A stretch of DNA of 64,000 nt. Source: Haliotis rufescens. Lineage: Eukaryota. Shown here one piece after another: positions 13,921 to 26,340 of this stretch. The stretch covers positions 60,078,001 to 60,142,000 of the forward strand of contig NW_025964112.1 of the NCBI RefSeq assembly GCF_023055435.1, in the 5' to 3' direction. The notes beneath the pieces are model-generated. The model was not told where the DNA came from and made no database searches. It saw nothing but the letters and a program-made list of their open reading frames with translations. Every line of letters starts with the position of its first letter. Position 1 is the first letter of the stretch. The position numbers and the translations under genes were made by a program.

Positions 13921-15986
13921 TTCAGATAAAAAATAAGAAGACTTGAGGGTTCCTCAATAATCGAGAGGACTTTTACAGATTTAGTTCATTTAGCCTCATG
14001 CATAGCTTTATTTTAGGGACTATATGTCACTTTAATGTGCATTATACAATGAGAAACGAGAGGGGTTTGAAAAAGCTTGAGGTAAACTTGCTGAGACTGC
14101 AAATTTATCTTGAGAATAATTCCCCATTAACATTCTTTGTGATACAATTTGTTTTCTATATGACATGACTCAAAGGTCAATGAAAAGAACATTAAACATA
14201 GTCTCTGCTTTTGCCGGGGTGTATTTTTTATTGGCTAAGCCTTATAAAGGCATCCTTACTGTTAAGATGTGATTTGTGCGTTTTGAAATTGGATTGTATG
14301 TCGATATGAGTGCATTAGACCGTCTCTCCGAAACTGCGTATAGATCACCTACCAGTGCCTTTCTCGTGAACAACTGTCAAAAAACAGAATTCAAAAAATA
14401 TCAACCGTAAAAAAATACTCTCATAAAGAATATCGCGTCACAACAAACAATAACTTGCAAACATTCAGTTTCTCACAAACGGCCATGATGTATTGCTGGG
14501 GGTCACGCCAAAAGCCAATCAGAATGATTTACAGCACATGTTGTCGCTTGTGACATGGACAAATATGTCGCTTAGATTGAGTTGTTGACAAGCGTTTCGA
14601 CAAAGCGACAAGCGAATTCACTGGAATGAAATTAACGCCCCGAAATTGACGTAGCGACTGTTGACTATGTCAGTGTTTTAATTGAGAGTTTAAGTCAAGC
14701 AGTGTTATTCACCATGTTAATTAAGAGTACGTGCCTCTTTATTCTCAACCTGTCATATGGACTATCTGTTCTGTCATTAGCAGCATTCCCGTTGTTTCTG
14801 CTGAAATATAGGATATGTGCCTGGATGGGAGATATGTCCTCCAACATGTTGCGTGCAGCTATTGGTGCATAACCCTTCCTACAGCATAACTGGTAGCATT
14901 CGGAACACTTACATTCAAACTGGTGGGACGGTAACGGTCTCTGTTTTGTTACAGTCGTGATCAATGTGTAACAAGTGGCTAAGTGTGCTAGCATAGGAAG
15001 CCTCAAACACTATATGCATTCATTTTCGTATTCATTTAATCCCTCTAGTTTTCAGTCACTGAATAAGGAAATTTAACATAAAAATATTTGGAATTAGTTA
15101 TCACCAAAAAATAATTGCACAGATTTCTGTCAGTTTGTAAAATGACTGAAATATTTAGGCATTTTGATAATTAAGAGTTATTTAACACTATAAGTTTCTA
15201 CTTACGAAAGAAAAACATGTTTATTTAATTACTTGCCATTAATAGACCATATTTATATTTTATCATAAAGCCTTATGTTTTTAATTACACATCGGACAAT
15301 TAGATAATTTCATGGTTACATTCAACTTGACCTTCTTTGCTGCTTTGATTCCCTATGTGAGTAATTTTCAGTGATTTTCAGTAAATTTTCCATTTATTCA
15401 ATTTTCAACACTAATTTGTCTTTTACGCCCAATTGAATCTGTTACGACAGAAATAAGAAACTAATTAGTGGAAAGTGGACATCAATCTTTACTTATATAT
15501 AGTGATCATACATTCCATTGACATTACACGTTTATTGTATAAACCTCAGATGATATGTTGCTTTATTGTGGAGACGTCAAGGGGCATTTTTTCGCCGGGG
15601 TATCTGACAACACAATTTCACGAATTACGTCATAGGGTGTTGTGACGTGTTTGAAAAGTTTGTGGTACTGTATTCCAAAGCTGGGCTCAGAAAGGTCTAC
15701 TTGAAACCAATTGCGAAACGTTAAATGTTCGTGATGTCATGTCCTGTCATGATGTCAATCACTCGATTGTCTAGCCCAGACACAATTACTTTGAGCCATC
15801 GTCAAACAGCTGGAATTGAGAGCGGCGTTAAACAACAAACAAACAAACAAACAAATACTGGGAGCCGTACCACCCTTAGTAAAGGTTTTTAACTTCTAAT
15901 TATCTATTAACCAAACAGACAAGTAAATAAAATCGAAGTGTACAAATGCCGACTTTCAACTCATGTGCAATATTTTATATCAACAG

Positions 15987-16291
15987 GTCCCCGTATTCGC
16001 AAGATGAGGAAGAGGGAGAAGAGCACGGAGGAGAAGAGGCCCCGGACAGCGTTCACAACAGAGCAACTGGACAGGCTCCGTGATGAATTCAACGACACCC
16101 ACTACCTGTCCGAGGATCGACGTCGTGTGCTGGCAAAACAACTCAGTCTCAACGAAACACAGATCAAGATATGGTTCCAGAATAAAAGGGCGAAGTTAAA
16201 AAAGTCATCGTCCTCCGAGAAACCTCTTGCCAGTAAGCTAATGGCAGAAGGGCTATACAACCACTCAACGTTCAAACCTGACGGAAGCTGA
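15987..16291 (+). CDS. en: engrailed-class homeobox gene, coding exon 2 (EH3, homeodomain, EH5)
   Basis: The acceptor caacag|GT joins exon 1 in phase (PSA-G-PRIRK). Homeodomain [16 protein letters not shown]...[15 protein letters not shown], then EH5 [19 protein letters not shown] at 16289-16291. Intron is 1859-15986. Confidence 0.97.
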
Positions 16292-18416
16292 CGTCAAGCG
16301 TTTCAGTGATGCCAAAGACATGTGCATTTAATGTTGCTGCGTTCTAGTTGTGCGCAGTATGATACAGGCTTAACGTTGTGGCCCAGTGCGTGAAGGTAAT
16401 AGTTGGGCCATTGGTGCATGATGCTAAAAACAACCTCTATTTCACGATAAGATTTTATGTATATAGAGCTTTTTCAATATTCATTGAATGATTCACCAAT
16501 AAGCAAGGGAACAATCGAACACTTCAGTTGTGTCGAAATACCGGGTGTTAACCAGGAAGAACAGCCAGAGACTGCACCCATCACCTGTGCGTTGACACCG
16601 GTATCCCAGTTCCCCGGCAGAACAGGTGTAACACCTCGAAGGAACAATGTACATATTATACACAACAGCTGTAAATTTGGTATTTTATCATTTCCAAGAT
16701 CTATATGTTATAAACCCTTATATGTAAACTCACATGTATTTGTGCATATGTTGAAAAGGATGAGGTTATGGCTCACTTGAAAAGTCAATTATAAATTTAC
16801 GGGAATTATTTACATATTGTTTTGAATGTTATTGGGCATGTTTATATGATAAGCACTGCTTTTTCTTTCTGTCGCTTGCAATGTTTAACCTTATGCAAAT
16901 GATATGGCTAAAATGAGTGAAGATTTCAACTGTAATAGAATGAGCATATCCGCTACCCAAGGGGAATATTTTACCATGTTTGTACTGACTTAGACTGCAT
17001 CTCAGAAAATCGGCCTAGGTCAAAGACATTCTTAAAGTGATGATAACGTTCATAACGTTTTCTGAGGATATGGCATATTTCTGATACACTACTCAACAAT
17101 TGATAGGGATAATCAACTACGTCATTTTATTTAAATGTACACGTGACGTGTAAGAATCATTTTTGTACATAAAAGAAAGGTTACAAATTTCCCTATCAAA
17201 AGCGGAGTAGCATATAATGGAAACGAAGTAGGTCCTTATCAAAGCTAGTTCTTTCGATGAATCATGACAAGCAATGTGTACGTACCGAATTATAGTGTAG
17301 TGCATTCTTCCTACGCAGTGAACTTTAACACGAAATACTAATAAATCATTTTGTAAAAAATATTTTTCCGAAGTTTTTTACATTTTCTATTTCCTGCATC
17401 TCGGACAAAATATTTCCAAAACAGACTTACTGGTTTTTACTTCGGCTCCCAGACAGGTTATCAGTGTCATAAAGATGTTGTGGTGGACCGCCTGTCCTCG
17501 AGATGTCCTCGAGATGAGGACACATCTTCCCTCCTTGGACCAAGCAACAAGCAATATTTGAATCCCAGTGTTTCTATGATGCTGTCTTTGATGAAATCGC
17601 CTCATCAGCAGCCAGACGCACTGAATTATCTCTTTACGAATAAATTACACTATTTCGACATGGTTTCTCGAGTTTTATTTTCAGAAAACGCCTTTCAAAT
17701 CTTGATAGTCGACCTTATCTGGATTTACTGACAGCATTGCTCTCGAATTAAATGGAAGATTTAGTGCGAGACGAAAAAGTTAATGTTTTTGTATAAAGCG
17801 ACTTGGTACAGGTAAAAGCCTACTTCTCAGAATCTGTTAATATCAGTATTGGATTACTTAACCAACACTGATGTTAAACGACCTTTGTCAGTTCGTATAG
17901 GAAGGAGAGCACAGCAAATGAAATGTCTTTGAATAAAATGGCTGATTAAATCATGAATTTTATCTTCTTCTGGTCGGACTCTGCGACAAACATGAAATTG
18001 TAATTTGAATATCTGGCATTACACTCTAATAGAATCAACAGCCCTGGAGCATATTTGGTTTGGATGATGAGGGATGATGGGGTTTTTTGCTTCTTTGTAA
18101 GATGGTAAGTGCATACATATGAAGCCAGAGCATGTATTTTAGTTCAAAGATCAAAGTACCGATAATAATTGACTGGATGGAAGTACATGTGGGCAATATG
18201 TGAAATGATGACAATGCAAAATAATTTACAAGATAATTAATCAGCATATGTACATCCTTTGTAATCTCATAATACATTTAAAATGTGATTTTACATTCCA
18301 TATCAACTTTATAACATTCATCAGTCGGTACCGTCCGAGTTTATCGACTTAACAATGACACTACAGCTGACGTTTCATTGACGTCATAATGACGTCATGT
18401 TTGTGTAACATTGACG

Positions 18417-19047
18417 TCACTTCCTCCCTGGGAGCCCTGGGATACTGCAGTGACAGGCGTCTCCACCCAGCTGGATCGAACATAGATAGTCGCATATGTC
18501 TGTCGTGATAACTGGCGCAGGTGTCGTCCCGGAGTGGTGAGTGAGGTTTTCCTGGGGCGCAGCCCGTTCCCGGATGTCTAGAGGTAAAGCGACATGAACA
18601 TAAGTAACAGTAAGAGGGTACAGGACGCTAGATTTTTAGGTTAGTGGACACGCTTCCCTCGTGATCTGAGGGAATGGAATCATTCAACCCATATAGTTAT
18701 TAACACAATTAACACAACTGATACACGTACGTGTATCTAATGCCTTACCACCTTGTATAACCAATTAGCTTTTTTTTGCAACTGTATGCATACACACACA
18801 TCGAAAGCCAAATTCTCCTTAAGGAAGAGCGAATTCCAATCTATAATAAGTACCAACCTTTAAATCTGATGATCTGTCCATGTTCATCTGTCCATCTCTC
18901 CACGTTCGCACAGTCGCAGTGGTCCATCTTCTTCATGGCGGGGAAGTCATCCCCTTGCGAACAGAAGATGAGGCACACAAGAGGGGAGGCGTAGACGTAG
19001 CACGCTGACAGTGCCAACGTTGTCAGGATGGGCACACACGACCGCAT
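18417..19047 (-). CDS. Secreted cysteine-rich precursor with C-terminal amidation signal (candidate neuropeptide/effector), 2 coding exons, 116 aa
   Basis: Exons 19047-18858 and 18577-18417 join in phase 1 (AAAG|gttggt ... ctctag|AC). Protein: MRSCVPILTTLALSACYVYA-SPLVCLIFCSQGDDFPAMKKMDHCDCANVERWTDEHGQIIRFKDIRERAAPQENLTHHSGTTPAPVITTDICDYLCSIQLGGDACHCSIPGLPGRK*. It has a hydrophobic signal peptide, two CxxxC..CxC motifs and a terminal G-R-K. An acceptor-like tttttatcccag near 19115-19126 suggests an upstream non-coding exon. Confidence 0.8.
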
Positions 19048-19271
19048 GCTTAGTTCAGCAGGACTCACCTCTGACTGAATTCGACAAACTTGTACGTAGA
19101 CTGTCGAATTGATCTGGGATAAAAACATATATACTTTACTTTTCGTTCAACTACAGAAGAAGAATTATGTCTTCTTACAAATACTCATTCTTAACAAATT
19201 ATCTATCCTGATGATGTAGCGTAGATTTCACTTCGAGGGTGCACTTGTTGACAAGTATGCATGCATGGCAA

Positions 19272-19438
19272 TATAGTAAAGTACGTTTATAACGAACACG
19301 CTTACAACGAACTGACGGATGTAACGAACTGATTTTTATGTCCCGACTTTTTGCTATAATTATGCTGTATATATATATGCTTATAACGAACTTAAGTTAG
19401 TGGTCCCTTTGAGTTCGTTATAACCGTAGTTTACTGTA
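19272..19438. mobile_element. Short MITE (Tc1/pogo-like ends)
   Basis: tagtaaagtacgtttataacgaac ... gttcgttataaccgtagtttactgta are inverted ends. Partial copy at about 11640-11727. Confidence 0.65.
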
Positions 19439-19552
19439 GTTGGTGAACAAGGAGTCGTCTGTGTAGATTCCGAAAAGCTTGTCCAAAGAGCCGACTGAAC
19501 ACCCGTTCTTCAAGCTTTGAACAACTGTTACGGCCGTCCTGACATTGCTGGA

Positions 19553-19623
<71 letters not shown>

Positions 19624-19665
19624 CACAAACGCATGCATGCACGCACTCACGCACTCACGCATTCA
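19553..19665. repeat. (GCAC)n/(AC)n microsatellite
   Basis: Direct reading. Confidence 0.95.
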
Positions 19666-20903
19666 CTCGATGTCACCTAACTATAAATAGACAATGCCTT
19701 TTAGAAAGTGGTCAAATGTAACGTATGCTGTATTTGGGATAAAACTTTCTTAGGAAAGTAAAAACTCTAGTCCCCAGAGTGAGTCGCTAATCGCTATTCA
19801 GTGTGCTGACGATAGGGTGCTTTACGCTGAGATTGTGGATTCGAATCCCGGATCTGACTCCACATAAACAAGTACTAGAATTTGTACTTTACCGAGGAAG
19901 TGTTGTCCCAGTACAGCATATGTCATATCTCTGTCATGGTCACACAACTTATACATGACACACAAGGCTCCCTAAATTATCATTATTTACTAAATGATAT
20001 AAAGCTATATAACTCAGAACCCCTTCACGTTTCAAGCAACCTAAAAAACGTAATTCACATGCCATGTGCCTCTTAAGAGTCAGCTGATATTATACCGAAC
20101 TTATTTATTTGTTTATGGCAGTGCCCGACAAGGTGAGGCAAGGCTCCTACCTTCCACAAACACACCGTAAATCAGGACACTACGCCGGGAGACAGAAAAT
20201 ACATTATCTGCTTGTAACCAAGAACCTTTGGTGGATCTTTATGTCTTAGGAGCTATGTAACACTAAGCCCGGATACACGGGTATGTTTGTGAGCTACTCC
20301 ACGGCGTGTAACGATGGCAAGGCCACTCTTGTTTATGATACTCGTAACGTGCTGTATTAAGTCCTTGTAAGGTGAGACACCACGTCCTGCCTGTCATTTC
20401 AACGTATACGGATTTGCATTGATGGTCCTGTGGTTGGAATTGCCATGTGTAACCCACGTGCGCACACCGTTAACAATACCAGGAGATTTGACCACAGTCC
20501 GCATGTACTGGAATCTATATGATTCTCAAGTAGTCGTATATGTCGTGGTAACAGCTCGCTGCGTTACAGAGCAGCTTGTTGTGTTTTTCAGTTGTTTATT
20601 TACAGCTTTATGTGTTAGGCAGGTTAACAAGCATACAGAATGACGTATCCTCTCGTTAGATACGTTTTGAAATACACGAGGCCTAATAAACACAGTATTT
20701 GAGGAGACACCTATGTAATTACTTATGAATTAATTTGGTAATTCAAAGACGAAAATGAGACATTAAATACTGTTTCCCAGTGATGAATGATACAAAATAA
20801 ACAAAAGTGACTCGACTAACTGACGTTAAAATAGTAAGTTTGCTGTACATTAGAGATAATTGATAACAATAAAATAATCGTGTCAAATGATGCGCTCAGG
20901 TAG

Positions 20904-21142
20904 GAGTGAGTGAGTGAGTGAGTGAGTGAGTGAGTGAGTGAGTGAGTGAGTGAGTGAGCGAGTGAGTGAGTTGGGTTTAACGGTGTAGGTCTCAGACGTT
21001 TAGCACTTTGGTGAAACATACGAGCACGGGTATGGTTTTGACAACCTAAAATCAAGGTCGGGGCGAACGGGATTCGAACCCACGATCATAGGTTTCTGGA
21101 GCGCCCAAAGGGACCTTAGACGACTTGGCCACCCGTGTCCCC
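20904..21142 (-). mobile_element. tRNA-derived SINE with long (ACTC)n tail
   Basis: Minus-strand head GGGGACACGGGTGGCCAAGTCG...GGGTTCGAATCCC. Related pieces at about 23100-23280 and 5620-5750 share caggtctcagacgttta...tgaaac. Confidence 0.7.
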
Positions 21143-21989
21143 TCAGTCACACTTATGAATACAATTACAGCTTAGTTACTTCGAGGCTGTAGTAGCAGTG
21201 ATCGTGTTGTGTATTAGAACCACGAAAGCCAAAATGCCCGTTTGTCTTTGCTGGATTAATCTGTACTGGCGATTACTTGGGATGAAGATAGTGAAGATGA
21301 AACTGTTCCAAATTCAAATTCAACCAATATCGTTTCTTTAAAGAAGTTTTAGTTAAATGCATGGATATTTCACTGTCATTTAGAAAAAGGAAGGGAAATG
21401 ACGTGTGTTGATTTCTCTTTTACATATCACTGAAAAGTGATTGTTGTGCATAATGCTTTCCACGCTTACTGGCTGCATCCGAAGCAAATAAATAACCAGG
21501 CAACATATTTCTGCTAGCATCAAAATGACTAGATATTAAAAAATGTCTACAGCTGTGTCATCAAGTATATCCAACTGAAAGGGCTAACTGATGCGGACAA
21601 GGTGTCACCGTTAGGGGATGATACTCCCTCTTTTGCCTCTGTTAAGAGGTGAGCAGTTGAGTTGAAGATGAGGAGGAGAGAGCATCGAGGGGAAGACCTT
21701 CAACCGCCACCAAGCAAATTTGATATTTTTTCTGCTTCAGCTGCAAAACCATTTTTTTTAATTAAAACTATGAGCCTAAATATTTTTCGTTAAAAAGCGT
21801 CTTGCAACAACGTTGTTTTTCAGGCTGACAATTTCTTTTTTTCCCAACAGCCTAAAGCATAATTCTTTTTCAAGCACTTTCTGTGACAACTTTTTTAAGA
21901 ATATCAACAGGTCACTGTGTACAATAATGTCCATGCTTACAGACTGCATCTAAAACAAATAATGTGTGTATCTCGCATGGTGGATTTCT

Positions 21990-22383
21990 CCTGTTGGACT
22001 ATCTCCCAAAAGGTCAGAACATTAATAACCAAAATATGCCAATCTGCTGAGAATATCAAAGCTAAACGTCGTGGAAAACTAAAGGTGTGATTATTCCAAC
22101 AAGTAATTACACCTGCGCATAGGTTTTCTGTCGCCATGACTACAAAACATGACTGTGGCTTTAAACTCATTGAACCTCCCCGTATTCACCAGATTTGGTA
22201 CCGTCTGATTCCCACATCCTCCCAAACTTGAAGAAAGAACTGTCTGGCAAGCATGATACAAATGGAGATACTTTCTGCTGGACTTATTAGAGGAATTATG
22301 TTGACAAAAGATTAATCAGCCACCAATTCCATCAACGCAGTTCATCAAAAATTGGCTCCAAACTTTTCAGTCACCCTTCCTAC
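21990..22383 (+). mobile_element. mariner transposase 3' remnant with right terminal repeat
   Basis: Frameshifted translation gives DYLPKGQNIN..YANLL..KRRGKL..PAHRFSVAM..DCGFKLIE.PYSPDLVPSDSHILPNLKKELSGK (mariner YSPDLAPxD motif), ending in aaacttttcagtcacccttccta. Confidence 0.8.
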
Positions 22384-22899
22384 TACATATTATACAGATC
22401 ATATTACGATACAGAACAGATACATGTTACTATATTGGAAGTACACATTACTAAATGAGAAGCACATGCTACTGTAAAGGAAATTCAAACTGTACGGTCA
22501 ACGAGAGAATAACTAGTGGCAAATATCTGCCGAAACAGTGGGTAAAGAAGTGTGAAAACTCCACGAAAAGGGCACAGTATGGGATAAGATCGCACATCAC
22601 ATTGACAATCGACGTGTCATATTTAGTAAATTCCTCTGAATTCTACAATATTTTTGGAACGATTTAGACAGGGCTTTGAACGTGCAACCTTGTTTGAAAA
22701 GCATAATTGCAATCAAATGTCCGTCTGAATAATTGTGCATGCGCTAAGAAGCATCATCACTAGACATATGCTGATATCCTGAGGTAGAGTTGATGTCATG
22801 TTGAAGTCACCCCTACTGTCGTGCAGCGGGATACTGAGGCTGCCATCATTATGCATTATACACAGTGGTCTGTCAGTTGGTCATCTATACATCTGAAAA

Positions 22900-24459
22900 C
22901 TGAATATGTGTTTTTTTTGTTACTGTATGAGAAGTGTAAGCTACTATATGGGATGTACGGTTTACTATATGGAAAGTCCACATTACTACATAGGAAGTAC
23001 CTGTTACTATATAGGAAGTCCATGTTACTATAGTGAAAGTTTATGTTACTATATGGATGAAGAGGCTATCATATGGGAAGCACAAGTTACTACATGGGCA
23101 GTGAGTGAGTGAGTGTGTTGGGTTTAAGGAAAAGGAAAGGAGGAAAGCCCGAAGTGATGCAGGTCTCAGACGTTTACCACTTCGGTGAAACCCACAATTA
23201 TAGGTTTCTGGCGTGGCCAAGGGACGCAACTCTGCACAAAGAATCGCGGCGCCCAAGACGAGTGGGCTACCCGTGCCCCCTATGTGCAGTGAATGTTACT
23301 CTATGGGAAGCACATGTTACTATAGGTATGTACAGGGTATTGTATGGGAAATGCAAGTCACTATATGGGACGCACATATTACTATATGGGCAGATAACCG
23401 TGAAGATCCGGGTTAGAATAGGTCTTCAGCAACCCATGCTTGCCGTAAAAGGCGTCTATGCTTGTCGTAAGAGGCTACTAACGGGATCGGGTGGTCAGGA
23501 TAGCTGACTTTGTGATGCATGTCAAAGTATCCCAATTGTGTAGATCGATGCTCATGATGTCAATCACTGGATCGTCTGGTCCAAACTCGATTATTTACAG
23601 ACCACTGGAATATATGGCTTAGTCCGGCGTTAAACAAACAAACAAACAAACAAAAAATATGGGCAGGTCATGTTACTGTATGGGAAGTGCATGTTGCTAC
23701 ATGGGTAGTACATGTTACCATATGGTAAGTATATGTAACTGTATGGGAAGTGCAAATTACTATGTGGGAAGTGCCTGTTACTATATTGGAAGTGTATGTT
23801 GCTGTATGGACAGTATTTGTTACTATATGGGAACTACATGTTACTAAATGGGAAGCGTATGCTGCTATTGGAAAGTGCATGTTACAATATGGACAGTGCA
23901 TGTTACTATTTGGGAAGCGCATCTCACTATATGTGAAATACATGGTACTGTATGGGAAATGCAAGTTACTATATGGGAAGCGCATGTTACTATTTGGGAA
24001 GCGCATGTCACTATATGTGAAATACATGGTACTATTTGAGAAACACATGCTACTATATGGTAAATACATGGTTCTGTATGGGAAATGCATGTCACTATAA
24101 GGGAAATACATGCTACTATATGGGAAATACATGGTATTGTATGGGAAGTGCATGTCACTATAAGGGAAATACATGGTACTATATGGGGATTACATGTTAC
24201 TATATGGGAAGCGCATGTTACTATTTGGGAAGCGCATGTTACTATATGGGAAGTGCATGTCACTATATGGGAAATACATGGTACTGTATGCGAAATGCAA
24301 GTTACTATATGGGAAGCGCATGTTACTATTTGGGAAGCGCATGTCACTATATGTGAAATACATGGTACTGTATGGGAAATGCAAGTTACTATATGGGAAG
24401 CGCATGTTACTTTTTGGGAAGCGCATGCTACTATATGGGAAATACATGGTACTGTTATG
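22900..24459. repeat. 21-bp satellite (catgttactatatgggaagcg-type), interrupted by SINEs
   Basis: 21-bp periodicity explains the repetitive ORFs in all frames. Confidence 0.9.
23397..23655 (+). mobile_element. Dispersed SINE-like repeat with (AAAC)n tail
   Basis: ccgtgaagatccgggttagaataggtcttcagcaacccatg...gcgttaaacaaac. Other copies at 40146-40410 (+), 15725-15855 (+, 3' part) and about 5905-6160 (-). Confidence 0.8.
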
Positions 24460-24471
24460 TTTTAGTAAATA

Positions 24472-24831
24472 GGTGAGGTGAAGTGAAATGGGGTTTAACG
24501 TAGCGTCCAAGATGATTATTGCACTTATATAGCGACGTGCATGTACGTGTGTGTGTTTGTGTGGCTGCTTGTACTAGTCCGGACCGATGCCGATTTATAG
24601 TGCTAGCCCACTGAGATACCATGCCGCAGTTTAACATGAATACCCCACTCTGACACAGTATACTGACTCCGAGCCGACCAGTCCTTGTTTTAGCCCCTTA
24701 ATGTCGAGCGCCAGAAAGGGTAACAACAAGTACCATATTTTAACGTCTTTTGGTATGACGCGGCCGGGGATCGAACCCCGGACCTTCCACTCTCCGGGCG
24801 GACGCTCTACCACTTGACCACGGAGGCGGTC
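24472..24831 (-). mobile_element. Full-length tRNA-derived SINE with 12-bp TSD
   Basis: Minus-strand head has an A box (GTGGTCAAGTGGTA) and B box (GGTTCGATCCC). Flanked by ttttagtaaata at 24460-24471 and 24832-24843. Confidence 0.85.
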
Positions 24832-25589
24832 TTTTAGTAAATACGTTTACTTACAAAAAGGACAGGTTACTATATAGATCACAGCTCTGGGAAGCAAACA
24901 TCATGTTACAGTATGGGAAGGACCTGTTGTATGGGAAAAGACAGGAGTTGTGGTATGCGAATAACATATCACTGTACATGTAGACAGGTAACTGTATGGT
25001 CATTAAAGGACATGGGTAGATGCATGGGCGTTATCATTAGAGCGAGACATTAGTGTGGTAATTTGTTGTCATCGTTGCAATATTACAATTAGGCTTGGGG
25101 GTAGGTTGTTTGAAATTGTGGCTCCAATTTCTGCTTTGGCCCTTTTCTCGTGAATTGTGCACGAGTCGGAATATCCATATGGCATCTGTGTTCTGACGTT
25201 AATGTTTCCAGAAAAAAACAGTATTTAAAGGGGCCAAGATTTACACAAGATTTGTTTTGAACCACAATATTTCAAATTTTAGGAACCACCCAATTTCATT
25301 TCCCTGTACGAAAGTCAATTATAATAATGTGTTGCAGAACTTGGACTTGGAAGCTTATGATGTAAATTCCTCTAGTTGTAGTTGTGGCTGCCAGTACTCA
25401 TGACACTTCTACGAACCTACTGGTCAATCTTTGCCCAACTTTATCGAAAATCCATTCCTTGTTCCTCGAGACATTTGTCACAAAATGTGGTGACCGTAGC
25501 TATAGTTGCATCTTTTTCTTCAAAGGTTCACGCCATTTTGTCAAAAGTGAACCAGTTGTAATCTGAAGTTTACTGAGAAAACTGTGTGA

Positions 25590-26340
25590 AAGCTGGACTT
25601 CCTCATTGATTGGATGTGAAATTGTGGGGTAGGATATTAAGTCAAGAAGTAGGCATCCCAATTTGCACCAGTTGTATTCCGATTCTTGCTGACCTGTTTC
25701 TTGATGACTTTATTAATAAAAGCAAGGGAAATTGTTGAACTTAACCATCAAGTATATCGAAATCGAAAGCGATATCGTTCAATAACCATCAAATAGGCAA
25801 TACCCTTCCGCGTATTTACTCACCTGAACCAGCGGCCTCACAGCCTCATCTGTTTCATATTTAGATCAATGCATAATAATTCAGAGTGATGAAAAAACAA
25901 GATTGTATGGCAAGGGGGATGACTTCAACTTCCCAACTGTCCCTTTATGTCGAGCAGCGCCAGGCGTTCGTGCCCGAATTCCACAACTTTGAGATAAAAT
26001 CCGGCGTGTTTTTTCTATGAAGATTTCAATACGACTCTTGCTTAAAAGTTGTTTGATCACGGTAAAAAAACCCATTCAAAGCCTTAGTAAAGCTTTCAAA
26101 ATGTTTTATGCTAGACTTGTGAAGGATTTCCAAATTTGACACCGCAGTAAACAAATCTGTATCCAATGCAATTCCCTGTTATGCCTTGTACCATATGTGT
26201 TTCAAGTGAAAAGTTGACTTGCCTTTGTATGTGTTTGTGACAGGTGCCACTGTTGCCCACCTTTACGCAAACACCTGGTGTCATTACTATTTTGATAGTG
26301 ATTCATAAACAAATTCTAATGATATCGTTGGAATCGTACA
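25590..26340 (+). mobile_element. Highly decayed reverse-transcriptase fragment, Penelope-like retroelement
   Basis: Fragments VGIPICTSCIPILADLFL (cf. GIPMGTNCAPLLADLFL) and RLYGKGDDFNFP (cf. KLYDKRDDFNFPIVNFP). The 3' segment aacacctggtg...gtgattca recurs at about 2938-3010. Confidence 0.6.
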
